From: Candidatus Thorarchaeota archaeon
Lineage (GTDB): Archaea > Asgardarchaeota > Thorarchaeia > Thorarchaeales > Thorarchaeaceae
Assembly (NCBI GenBank): GCA_048882485.1
Contig: JBHLRP010000051.1
Coordinates: 1 to 23,611, forward strand
DNA length: 23,611 nucleotides
Direction of reading: 5' to 3'
Position numbers and translations under genes: made by a program. Numbering within the stretch: the stretch's first letter is position 1; the number at the start of each line of letters is the position of its first letter. Shown here one piece after another: positions 7,678-16,247 of the stretch. The notes under the pieces were generated by a model. The model ran no database searches. It worked only from the letters and a program-made list of their open reading frames with translations, and was not told where the DNA came from.

Positions 7678-8256
7678 ATGATTATAGACTATGGTACTCG
7701 TACGGTCGGTCTCAAGATAGTGTTCTTTGGTCCTGCAATGAGTGGTAAAACCACTGCCATACGATGGCTTTTCTCGAGCCTTGATTATGCGGACAAACTG
7801 ACATCCATTGAGAACACCGTTGGCAGGACCATGTTCTGCGATTTTGGCACAATTCCATTTGCATTGGGAAACAGCTGGAAGATCAACGCTCATATATGGT
7901 CAGCAACTGGTCAAGACTTCTATAGGTCAACTAGAGAAGTGGTCCTTGTAGGTGCAGATGGAGTCATTTTCATGGTTGATTCTCAGGAACACCTATTGCA
8001 TGAGAATCAGGCAAGTTGGAACGAGCTGGTGGCATTGGTGGCGGAGGAGGAGCGACCGCTGCCAATAGTTGTCTGCCTCAACAAACAAGACCTTCCCGGA
8101 GCGGTTCAAGAAGACGAAATACGGGAACACCTAAGACTTCCACGCTCAGTCCCTGTGTTTAAAAGCATAGCCAAAGATGGCTTCAACATCCTTGAGGCTT
8201 TTCAACATCTCTTTCGAGATGCTATGCGCGCAAGTGTTCTCACAAAACCAATTTAG
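7678..8256 (+). CDS. mglA: MglA-like small Ras-superfamily GTPase
   Basis: KIVFFGPAMSGKTT (G1), GRTMFCDF (MglA-type RTxxxDF), SATGQxFY (G3 lacking Asp), ADGVIFMVDSQ, NKQD (G4). Confidence 0.85.
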   Translation: MIIDYGTRTVGLKIVFFGPAMSGKTTAIRWLFSSLDYADKLTSIENTVGRTMFCDFGTIPFALGNSWKINAHIWSATGQDFYRSTREVVLVGADGVIFMVDSQEHLLHENQASWNELVALVAEEERPLPIVVCLNKQDLPGAVQEDEIREHLRLPRSVPVFKSIAKDGFNILEAFQHLFRDAMRASVLTKPI

Positions 8257-8377
8257 TATGAATCAGAAGGGCGCAAAATCAACATCTGTAGCGAACGATT
8301 TATACGACCTCATGCAGCTGCGACGCATAGTCTTGGGCCGAAGAGTATGACGGATTCAAGAACACGAGGAATCATTC

Positions 8378-10054
8378 TTGAACACAAATCAAGATCAGAC
8401 CCGCTTTGTTTTTGTTACAGGGGGCGTGCTCTCCGGGATTGGAAAAGGGGTCACAACAGCATCAATTGCAAAGCTCTTCCAATTTCGGGGATACACAATC
8501 GGAATAATGAAAATAGACCCCTATCTGAACATTGATCCCGGAACATTGAACCCTGTTGAGCATGGCGAGGTGTTTGTAACAGATCAGCCATGGGCCTTTT
8601 GTCCTGCGGAAGGTTTTGAGTTCATAATTTCTGAGATTGATTTGGATTTTGGCACATACGAACGCTTTACTGGACTGGAAGTGCATCCTTCTCAAAACAT
8701 CACATCAGGTCAAATCTATGTTTCAGTAATTCTAGGAGAACGAAAAGGGAGCTTCCTAGGCCGAACCGTTCAGATAATCCCTCATGTCACAGACAGGATA
8801 AAACATCGAATCTGGAAGGTCGTAGAAGAGCAAAAACCAGATGTGCTGCTGGTGGAAATAGGAGGCACCGCAGGGGATATCGAAGCGATGCCATTTCTTG
8901 AGGCAGTTCGCCAGTTGATCAGTGAAGTCGGTCATGAAAGAGTCGGTCTTGTACATGTGACTCTTGTTCCCTACATGGGCTCTGTTGGAGAGTTCAAGAC
9001 CAAACCAACCCAACATAGTGTCAGGACTCTTCAAGGTCTTGGTCTTCAGCCCGACGTCATAATTTGCCGAGCTGAAAGAGAGTTGCCTCCTTCGGCAGAA
9101 AGCAAGATTGCTCTCTTCTGCAACGTTCCTGAAAACAGGGTCATCTCCAATCCCGATATCCCGGTCATCTATAGGCTGCCATTGTCATTTGAGGATCAAG
9201 GTCTCGGAAGCATTCTAACCAATCATTTAGGTCTAGAAGATCGTCCCCCTGACATCGAACAATGGCGTGAAATGGTCAAGAGGTTTGAATCGCCTTCTGA
9301 CAGTCTAACCATTGCAATGCCCGGGAAATATACTACACTCAGTGATTCCTACAAGAGTATCAATGAGGCGATTTACCATGCTGCTGCAGCATGCGGCGCT
9401 CGAGTGACAATCAAATGGATTGAAACTGAAGAGCGTTGCGATGAGGCAAGCCTTCGTGAGGACTTGAAGGACGTAGATGGAGTGCTCTTGACACCCGGAT
9501 TCGGTGAACGCGGTGTCGAAGGCATGATCTGTGCTGCTACACTGTCCTTTGATCTTGAGATTCCACTGCTAGGAATCTGCTATGGCGCTCAGCTTGGAAC
9601 CGTAGCTTTTGCGAGGAAAATGATGGACTGGAAGGGTGCACATACCACAGAAGTAGATGCGGATAGTCTCTATCCTGTCATAGACCTAATGGACGAGCAA
9701 AAGAACGTAGATGACAAAGGCGGGACAATGCGTCTGGGCGGCCATGAGGTTTCGATTCTAGAGGGAACAAAGCTCCACAGTATTTATGGAAAGACAACCG
9801 CTAAAGAGAGGTTCAGACACAGATTCCATCTCATCGACAGGTATGTCAATAGAATGAAGGAACAAGGATTGATCGTTTCTGCGTATGATACTAGTGGTGA
9901 GATAATCAATGCTGTGGAACTTGTCGATCATCCTTTCTGGATAGGTGTTCAATTCCATCCAGAGTTCAAGTCTCGTCCTGACTCTCCACACCCTCTCTAC
10001 TTGGGCCTTATTAGAGCAGCTCTGGAATACAAGAAACAGAGAGGGAAAGCGTAG
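8378..10054 (+). CDS. pyrG: CTP synthase
   Basis: TGGVLSGIGKG, KIDPYLN, GGTAGDIE, KTKPTQHSV, glutaminase GICYG and FHPEF; TATA-like TTTATAC at 8299-8305. Confidence 0.97.
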   Translation: MNTNQDQTRFVFVTGGVLSGIGKGVTTASIAKLFQFRGYTIGIMKIDPYLNIDPGTLNPVEHGEVFVTDQPWAFCPAEGFEFIISEIDLDFGTYERFTGLEVHPSQNITSGQIYVSVILGERKGSFLGRTVQIIPHVTDRIKHRIWKVVEEQKPDVLLVEIGGTAGDIEAMPFLEAVRQLISEVGHERVGLVHVTLVPYMGSVGEFKTKPTQHSVRTLQGLGLQPDVIICRAERELPPSAESKIALFCNVPENRVISNPDIPVIYRLPLSFEDQGLGSILTNHLGLEDRPPDIEQWREMVKRFESPSDSLTIAMPGKYTTLSDSYKSINEAIYHAAAACGARVTIKWIETEERCDEASLREDLKDVDGVLLTPGFGERGVEGMICAATLSFDLEIPLLGICYGAQLGTVAFARKMMDWKGAHTTEVDADSLYPVIDLMDEQKNVDDKGGTMRLGGHEVSILEGTKLHSIYGKTTAKERFRHRFHLIDRYVNRMKEQGLIVSAYDTSGEIINAVELVDHPFWIGVQFHPEFKSRPDSPHPLYLGLIRAALEYKKQRGKA

Positions 10055-11211
10055 TGGACCATAACCTTGACTCAATGCTTGCCATATTAGTCGAGGAGAT
10101 AGAACGTGTTGAAGACACTAGAAAGCGGTTTGGGTCAGTTCTATCACGAATCAAGGGGGAGCTGGATTTGGGCCGATATCCTGCACTTGCAGCAGACGCT
10201 GTGGAAACACAATTCTCTAGGATGATTGAGCCTACAGATTTGTCTGGGCTGAGAATTGCAGGAGTTGATGGCGGTCTTATTAGAAGGCGGTTCAGATCGA
10301 TAGATTTGATACTCACTCGTGGCATAGCGGTGGTCTTTCAATTCGGTCCAGAAGAAGGTCCAAAGGTGGATTTCTTTCCAAGTGCTTTTCCTGAGCCCAG
10401 TATCAGACCAGTCATGCTTACATTATCGAGCCCCGAACTTGACCAACTTGGGTCCCTTGAACGCATTGCCGCAGAATTAAGAGTCACCCTATCTATCCTC
10501 GATGAATTCTATGTTGACCTGATTCTAGTAGATGGGTCCCTGTTCTATCATCCACGAGACCGACCAAGCATTGGGTCAGCTGTTTACGAGAAGTTTCAGG
10601 AAGTAGTGGCTCTGTATAGGCAGCTCTATCATAAGGCCAGAGAAAAGAGGACAACCCTAGCAGGGATAGTAAAAGATAGTCGGTCAACTCGAATAGTCAA
10701 TATCCTTAGTGACATTCTTCCACATGTTCTGCGTAATCCAGGCATTTTTGAAATGATGCAAGGAGTGGACTACCGTTGGCTTCTCAAATTCTCCAGAGAC
10801 TGTGATCTTCTTGACACATTTCTCGAGGAGGGTGAACGGACGTTCGCCTTCAAGTATTCGGCTGAGTTGATACAAAACACAAATTCTCTCTCAGATGATC
10901 TTTCGAAATGGGCATCTTCGATTTGGGTTGCATACTTGAAGACTGCACGTGATGACCTCCCTATCAGAATAGAGATTCTTGTTGATGAAAGCAATGGGAC
11001 TGCACAGATAGATAAGGCTCTCTCAGCTATTCTTCCTCTCTCTTGGCAGCATCCTGAATATGGGATTCCTACTCCCGTGCTGGAAGCAGATGCACGAGCA
11101 CGAATCAGTAACAACGAAACACAACTCATTGTCGATCGATTGATGGCCCTTTCCGGTCTTACCTATGCGACACTTGAAAGAAGACGTTCGAGAAACCCAT
11201 TTGGAGGTTAA
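10054..11211 (+). CDS. nurA: NurA DNA double-strand break repair nuclease
   Basis: GVDGG, LVDGSL, GIVKDS and C-terminal GIP-P-LEAD-A motifs; directly upstream of herA. Confidence 0.88.
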   Translation: MDHNLDSMLAILVEEIERVEDTRKRFGSVLSRIKGELDLGRYPALAADAVETQFSRMIEPTDLSGLRIAGVDGGLIRRRFRSIDLILTRGIAVVFQFGPEEGPKVDFFPSAFPEPSIRPVMLTLSSPELDQLGSLERIAAELRVTLSILDEFYVDLILVDGSLFYHPRDRPSIGSAVYEKFQEVVALYRQLYHKAREKRTTLAGIVKDSRSTRIVNILSDILPHVLRNPGIFEMMQGVDYRWLLKFSRDCDLLDTFLEEGERTFAFKYSAELIQNTNSLSDDLSKWASSIWVAYLKTARDDLPIRIEILVDESNGTAQIDKALSAILPLSWQHPEYGIPTPVLEADARARISNNETQLIVDRLMALSGLTYATLERRRSRNPFGG

Positions 11212-11214
11212 TAT

Positions 11215-12729
11215 TTGTCTGAAATATCATCATTCACACCAATTGGCACCGTCATCTGTGAACAAGAATCACCTAACGTCATGGAGTTTTCCTTCGTTGT
11301 TGAAGGGGAAGCTCATGAGCTGGTAGTAAGACGGGGCGAGTTCGTTTCAGTAGCAAATGACGATCAGACAGTCATTGCTAGAGTACAGGACTTGGTGAGA
11401 GTCAACCGATATTACCAGCATGCCGAGGCCGTAAGAGAATACCAATCTAGAGGAGAGCCGCTCCGCTCAATCTTTCCTACTGACCGCTGGCAATATACCA
11501 TTGCTAGAGCCCAAGTCCTTGGTCTGTGGTCAGAAAACAGGTCAGTCCGTCCATACTTCGCCGTATCTCCAGGAGCACGAGTAGGCAAGGCAGACATCGA
11601 AGTGCTGGCTGCTTTTCTGAATCTTGATAGCACGGGTGGGCTCAACTTAGGTACTCTGGCTCATCATACTCTGGAGTTCAAACCATCTATCAACCGGCTC
11701 CTTTCAAAACATCTTGCCATATTAGCCATGAGTGGTGCGGGGAAGTCCTACTTTGTTTCCATTCTTCTTGAAGAGCTGTTAACACGCACAAAGAATCAAG
11801 GTAGACTGGCTGTGATTGTTGTCGACGTGCATGGAGAATACACCTACCTACAGGACCTCACAAGTGACATATTGGGTGAGCCAGACCTCGAAATCGATAT
11901 AGAGCATATTCGAGGGTCACACATCCAGATTCCAGTACAATCCCTGGCTGCTGAAGCTATAGGGTCTCTTGTTGCTGACATGAGTGCCATTCAAGTTCGT
12001 GATCTAAGGCGTGTAGTTTCTATAATGCGAAAGGACTCAAAGAATGGCTATACACTTGGTGATATCATTGACTATGTCAGGACTGATGAAACCATCAGTA
12101 AGAACACAAGAGAGGCTCTTGTAGGATGGCTTGTTAATCTAGAAGAAACCGGATTATTCGGCAAGGAAGGTATTCCGAATCTCAAGAGCATCATTAAACC
12201 TGGGAAGCTAACCCTCATTGACTTGAGTGACTTCATCAGTTTAAAGAAGAAGCAAATTGTCGTGTCACATTTAGTGAGCGAGCTCATGTTTCTGAGGCGC
12301 CGAGGTTCAATTCCTCCATTTCTTTTGGTCTTGGAAGAAGCCCACCAGTTTTGTCCGGAGAGCCGGCATGAGCTTGCTCTTCCTAAGAGTCGAATCGAAA
12401 CTATAGCACGGGAAGGACGCAAGTTCTTCGCATTACTCTGTTTGGTTTCACAAAGACCCGTGAAACTCTCGACGACTGTGTTGAGTCAGTGCAGCAATCA
12501 AGCAATTCTCAGAGCAACGAATCCATATGACCTCGAACATATTGGGCGCAGTAGTGAAGGCATCGACCGAGCGTCATTGGACACCATAACTACACTCGAA
12601 GTAGGGGAGGCTCTTTTTGTAGGGGAAACAGTTTCGGTTCCCACTTTTGTTAAGATTCGGAGGAGGCGCTTTGAGCCATCTGGGCTCACCCAAGGTCTAT
12701 CTGAGGCGCTGAAAAAGGCTGACAAATAG
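11215..12729 (+). CDS. herA: HerA ATPase/DNA translocase with N-terminal HAS barrel
   Basis: HLAILAMSGAGKS (Walker A), DVHGEY, EEAH (Walker B), REGRKF, SQRP. Confidence 0.92.
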   Translation: MSEISSFTPIGTVICEQESPNVMEFSFVVEGEAHELVVRRGEFVSVANDDQTVIARVQDLVRVNRYYQHAEAVREYQSRGEPLRSIFPTDRWQYTIARAQVLGLWSENRSVRPYFAVSPGARVGKADIEVLAAFLNLDSTGGLNLGTLAHHTLEFKPSINRLLSKHLAILAMSGAGKSYFVSILLEELLTRTKNQGRLAVIVVDVHGEYTYLQDLTSDILGEPDLEIDIEHIRGSHIQIPVQSLAAEAIGSLVADMSAIQVRDLRRVVSIMRKDSKNGYTLGDIIDYVRTDETISKNTREALVGWLVNLEETGLFGKEGIPNLKSIIKPGKLTLIDLSDFISLKKKQIVVSHLVSELMFLRRRGSIPPFLLVLEEAHQFCPESRHELALPKSRIETIAREGRKFFALLCLVSQRPVKLSTTVLSQCSNQAILRATNPYDLEHIGRSSEGIDRASLDTITTLEVGEALFVGETVSVPTFVKIRRRRFEPSGLTQGLSEALKKADK

Positions 12730-12835
12730 AATGACCTATGGTATTCTCCAATTAGAAGGCCATTCCCACAACAGTCAAAAAGAAAAAACATTAGCTCTCC
12801 TCAAAGCACCTACTGGACATGCGGGGGCCCTGCGT

Positions 12836-13351
12836 TTGTCTGATAAGAATCTCGAAGAAATTAAGAAAATCATCGACACTATGCAATCTGGACTTGTAGA
12901 GCTATTTGACCAGCTCCACGAACTCAGACGTCAATTGGATTTAGCAGGTGCAGATTTTGAATCTGGCCCCTCTATCTCCCCAGCTCCAGCAACCCCTAAG
13001 GCTCCGGCTGCAACCAAAAAAGAAGAAACAAACGAATCATCATCAGCTACAAGCATACCGCCAGACGAATTAGCTGACATTCCCCTGACAAATGAGAATG
13101 TTTCAATTGTTCTTGATCCCATCACACAAGAATTACAGACTGGAGAGGCACCTGCCCAGGTCATAGCAGAATATCTTGAAGCTGCTAAAGAGTATCTTAT
13201 TCAAGAACATTCAGCCAATGAGAAGGTCGTACGTGACATTGATGTGGTATTGAAATTCCTCCAAGCCAGAGGCAAAAAAGGAATTCGACCAGAAGAACGA
13301 GATAACATTCTTGAACGAATTCGGAGATGGAAGGTACACCTCACTGCCTAG
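12836..13351 (+). CDS. Hypothetical protein: coiled coil, Pro/Ala/Ser linker, C-terminal helical domain
   Basis: Open frame 12731-13351. The protein-like part starts near TTG 12836 (MSDKNLEEIKK); start uncertain. Confidence 0.7.
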   Translation: MSDKNLEEIKKIIDTMQSGLVELFDQLHELRRQLDLAGADFESGPSISPAPATPKAPAATKKEETNESSSATSIPPDELADIPLTNENVSIVLDPITQELQTGEAPAQVIAEYLEAAKEYLIQEHSANEKVVRDIDVVLKFLQARGKKGIRPEERDNILERIRRWKVHLTA

Positions 13352-13374
13352 AACGTCAGGATGAAAGAAGCAAG

Positions 13375-13403
13375 AACCTCACCCAGCAATTCTGGATGAG
13401 GTT
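13375..13403. terminator. Hairpin between convergent genes (possible terminator or processing signal)
   Basis: AACCTCA-C-CCAG-CAATT-CTGG-A-TGAGGTT inverted repeat. Confidence 0.4.
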
Positions 13404-13415
13404 GTAGGCCCCTCA

Positions 13416-13736
13416 CTATTCCAAATCAATTATGATATGTTTGACTTTCGTCTTTGATATCTTCTTCAGGCCATGTTGCCCGGGTTCGTATCGGCACTCC
13501 AGCAGCCCCGATTCATAAAGTATCTTGATTTGGGCACTGGCATTCGCCTCCGTTCCCCCGAGGTGTCGTGCCACTCGTGTCACATCCTTCTCGCCCTGCA
13601 GAAGGAGTTTGAGTATCTTTAGCCTAGTTCCAGATGAAAGCGCTCGTCCAATGCGTAGAATAGCGTCGTCCTTGTCAATTTGCAGTGTTTCAGACAGTAG
13701 TAACACCTCGCATGAGTTAGCCTGTTGCTTAAGCAA
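13416..13736 (-). CDS. ArsR/SmtB-family winged-helix transcriptional regulator
   Basis: ALSSGTRLKILKLL...VTRVARHLGGTEANASAQIKILYESGLL...GLKK. Start uncertain: GTG 13706, or CTG 13697 after a GAGGTG SD. Confidence 0.88.
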   Translation of the reverse strand: MLKQQANSCEVLLLSETLQIDKDDAILRIGRALSSGTRLKILKLLLQGEKDVTRVARHLGGTEANASAQIKILYESGLLECRYEPGQHGLKKISKTKVKHIIIDLE

Positions 13737-13844
13737 GTCTTTATTATACTTGTTGTTTGTGTATCCTCTTTTTATTAGTGCGCTTCTATACCGATGTCAA
13801 TCCTTATAGCCAAAACAACGGACGCGCAATCGAGTGCAGAGCCC

Positions 13845-15863
13845 ATGGGCGATGAAAGCGTATTCATAATGGGATTCGACATCCTTCCCAGCCAAAGTCC
13901 AAAGTCTAAAAGGAGTGCAAAGTTTGCTTGCGTAATCATGCACGAAGGCGTTTCGTTGAACGAGTATCCTGAGATATCTCGTGGAGCGCTCTTAAAGCTG
14001 GTCCGAGAGATTCGTCCCAAATGGCTATGCACCGATAATATCTTCGAAATAGTACCTGATAGCAAATCCCTCTTCGGTTTTGTTGACAAAATACCAGCAG
14101 AAACCCGATTAGTTCAAGTTACCGGAGTCCCACCACGTCAAGTTTCTTTGAAGCGACTTGCGAAGAGGCATGGACTAAGTGTTCGTGGAAAACCAACGCC
14201 CCTTGAATCCGCCTATCTTGCAGCTCAGTTGGCTATGCTGGGCATAGGACATAGTCTGGAATGCTTTGGAGAGCAGACGGAGATTAAGGTAACCCGTGGT
14301 AGAAAGCCTGGTCGCGGCGGTCAGAGTGCAAATCGTTTCAGACGCAAGGTTCACTCACAGATTCAGCAAATGACAAGACATATTGAAGATCAGCTGAAGA
14401 CCGCAAAAATCGATTATGACATTGATGTTCGGAGTTCCGATTTTGGCTACGCAAGCGCCCGAATAATCGCATACGCAACCTTGCCAAATATACGCACATT
14501 GATTGAACCAAAACGTGGCGGTGACTTCAAGATACTCATATCCCCAGTTAGAAAGAGAGTTGAATTTCTTCCTCTTGAACCAAAACCCATCACCAGTGCT
14601 TTACGACCAAGATACTTCATCTTGGGAATTGATCCAGGCTCCACAGCAGCAATATGCATGCTGACAGTGAATGGAAAGATACACCGACTTGCGAGTGGGA
14701 AGTCGCTGACAAGAGCTGACATCATTAGGCAGGTGTATGAACAAGGAATTCCTGTGATGGTTGCAACAGACGTCACTCCTGTACCCCACTTCGTGAAGAA
14801 GATAGCAAGCACCGTGAATGCTGAGCTATTTGTCCCAAAACGAGAAATTCCAGTTTCAGATAAACAGGAACTGGCAAGGGAGTTTTCTGACGGTTTCAAG
14901 ATACGAAATGCTCATGAGCGAGATGCCCTCACAGCCGCGGTGTATGCTTTTCGGAGTATCCAACCAAAGCTACAGCAGATAGAACGAAAGATACGTGATG
15001 AACAGCTTGTTGTCGATAGAAATCAATTGAAAGCATTAGTCATCAAGGGCATGTCAATGAAAGAGGCTATAGCCAGTCTTCTTCATGAGGACTCGAAAGA
15101 GGTTGATATTGTTCCAGAGCCAATTAAGGAGGAGGAACCGCTTACACAGGAACGATTCGATTCACTTCTCGCCAAGCAAGCAGAAGCAGAGGCTGAGAAC
15201 ATTGTACTTAGCGAGAGAGTTGAAGATCTAGAGCGTTTTGTAGAGTTCTTGCAGTTTCGGGAGAGCGAATTGACAGAAAGCTTGGACATCGTCACAGAAG
15301 ACAACTACTGGAAAATCAAACGAGATCGAGAAGTTGTGAAGAAAGACAAAGAACTCGAACAGTTGAAGCGCGAGGTGAAGAGCCTCAAGAAGGAGATCGA
15401 GCAACTGAGGAAGCACCTAGAGAAGCTCAGGGGTGTAAAACGCCGTGAGATTCGGGGTGATATGCTCGCCATTAAGTCAGTTCCTCATTTTACAAGAGAG
15501 AGTATAGAGGAATATATACAGAATGTGGGCTTGAAGCCTGGCGACATCGTTCTTTTCGAGGATGCTAGTGGTGGTGGGCCTCAAACGGCAGGGCTGTTGA
15601 TTGATCGTGGCATTCGTGCAGTGATTGTAGGCACTCCCTTGTCGCACCTGTCAGAAGAAGAGCTGGTGCAATCTGAAATTCCCGTCATAAATGCAGAAGA
15701 AGTTGAATTGCAGAGAGTCGATGAGTTTGCATTCATTAGCAGAAAGAAGTTTGAAGCACAGTTTCAATCATTCGTCGCCAGAGTACGTGAAAAGGCACGC
15801 CAGAAAGGCGAGGATGAGCTTGCTGAACTCGTTGAACGATACCAACGCGAAATCGAACGCTAA
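13845..15863 (+). CDS. DUF460 protein (COG2433), RNase H-fold domain plus coiled coil
   Basis: GFDI, RGRxPGRGGxS-RF-R, GIDPG, HERDAL, long C-terminal heptad region. ATG 13845 preferred over 13794. Confidence 0.88.
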   Translation: MGDESVFIMGFDILPSQSPKSKRSAKFACVIMHEGVSLNEYPEISRGALLKLVREIRPKWLCTDNIFEIVPDSKSLFGFVDKIPAETRLVQVTGVPPRQVSLKRLAKRHGLSVRGKPTPLESAYLAAQLAMLGIGHSLECFGEQTEIKVTRGRKPGRGGQSANRFRRKVHSQIQQMTRHIEDQLKTAKIDYDIDVRSSDFGYASARIIAYATLPNIRTLIEPKRGGDFKILISPVRKRVEFLPLEPKPITSALRPRYFILGIDPGSTAAICMLTVNGKIHRLASGKSLTRADIIRQVYEQGIPVMVATDVTPVPHFVKKIASTVNAELFVPKREIPVSDKQELAREFSDGFKIRNAHERDALTAAVYAFRSIQPKLQQIERKIRDEQLVVDRNQLKALVIKGMSMKEAIASLLHEDSKEVDIVPEPIKEEEPLTQERFDSLLAKQAEAEAENIVLSERVEDLERFVEFLQFRESELTESLDIVTEDNYWKIKRDREVVKKDKELEQLKREVKSLKKEIEQLRKHLEKLRGVKRREIRGDMLAIKSVPHFTRESIEEYIQNVGLKPGDIVLFEDASGGGPQTAGLLIDRGIRAVIVGTPLSHLSEEELVQSEIPVINAEEVELQRVDEFAFISRKKFEAQFQSFVARVREKARQKGEDELAELVERYQREIER

Positions 15864-15881
15864 AAGGAGATTGAGAGGACT

Positions 15882-16109
15882 TTATTCGGGAATCTGAATC
15901 CAGAGAATATTATTTCCTCGCAACAACAGCTGACCATATTTGGCTCGAATCTCCTCATTCTCAAGTTCTTCTGCATCAGCTAGGGTCAAGTTCATGTACA
16001 TGTCACACCTAGTAAGTCGCCCGCGGAAGATTCGTTGATCCTTTAGTTTTATCGAAATGACATCATTGAGAACTGATTCAAGTGCTTTGATGGGCATGTT
16101 CTGTGACAC
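15882..16109 (-). CDS. Sm-like archaeal protein (LSm/SmAP)
   Basis: Sm1 (GxL-D-YMNL-L-DAEE) and Sm2 (LRGNNI) motifs; GAGGAG SD before GTG. Confidence 0.93.
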   Translation of the reverse strand: MSQNMPIKALESVLNDVISIKLKDQRIFRGRLTRCDMYMNLTLADAEELENEEIRAKYGQLLLRGNNILWIQIPE

Positions 16110-16247
16110 TGTCTTCTCCTCAGGTCAGGGCCAAGTCTGAACATTATAAAGCCTTTGCTGAAAAGCAACTGAGAACTGTCGTATCATTGAATCACACGTC
16201 AATGTTAAGTACAGATTGAGATGCAAACCAAATGGACTCGAATCAAT

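Noticed and set aside
10054-13351. HerA-based anti-viral defence system
   Set aside because: The partner is NurA, not Sir2 or DUF4297, and the context is housekeeping with no defence-island genes.
13295-13351. MIM1-like ESCRT-III/Vps4 interaction motif at the C-terminus of the orphan protein
   Set aside because: Only a partial match to D/ExxLxxRLxxL and no ESCRT genes in the window.
13352-13415. Possible eukaryote-type SECIS element (ATGA...AA...TGAG)
   Set aside because: The ATGA and TGAG do not close the observed stem in SECIS geometry, and the flanking genes have no in-frame TGA.
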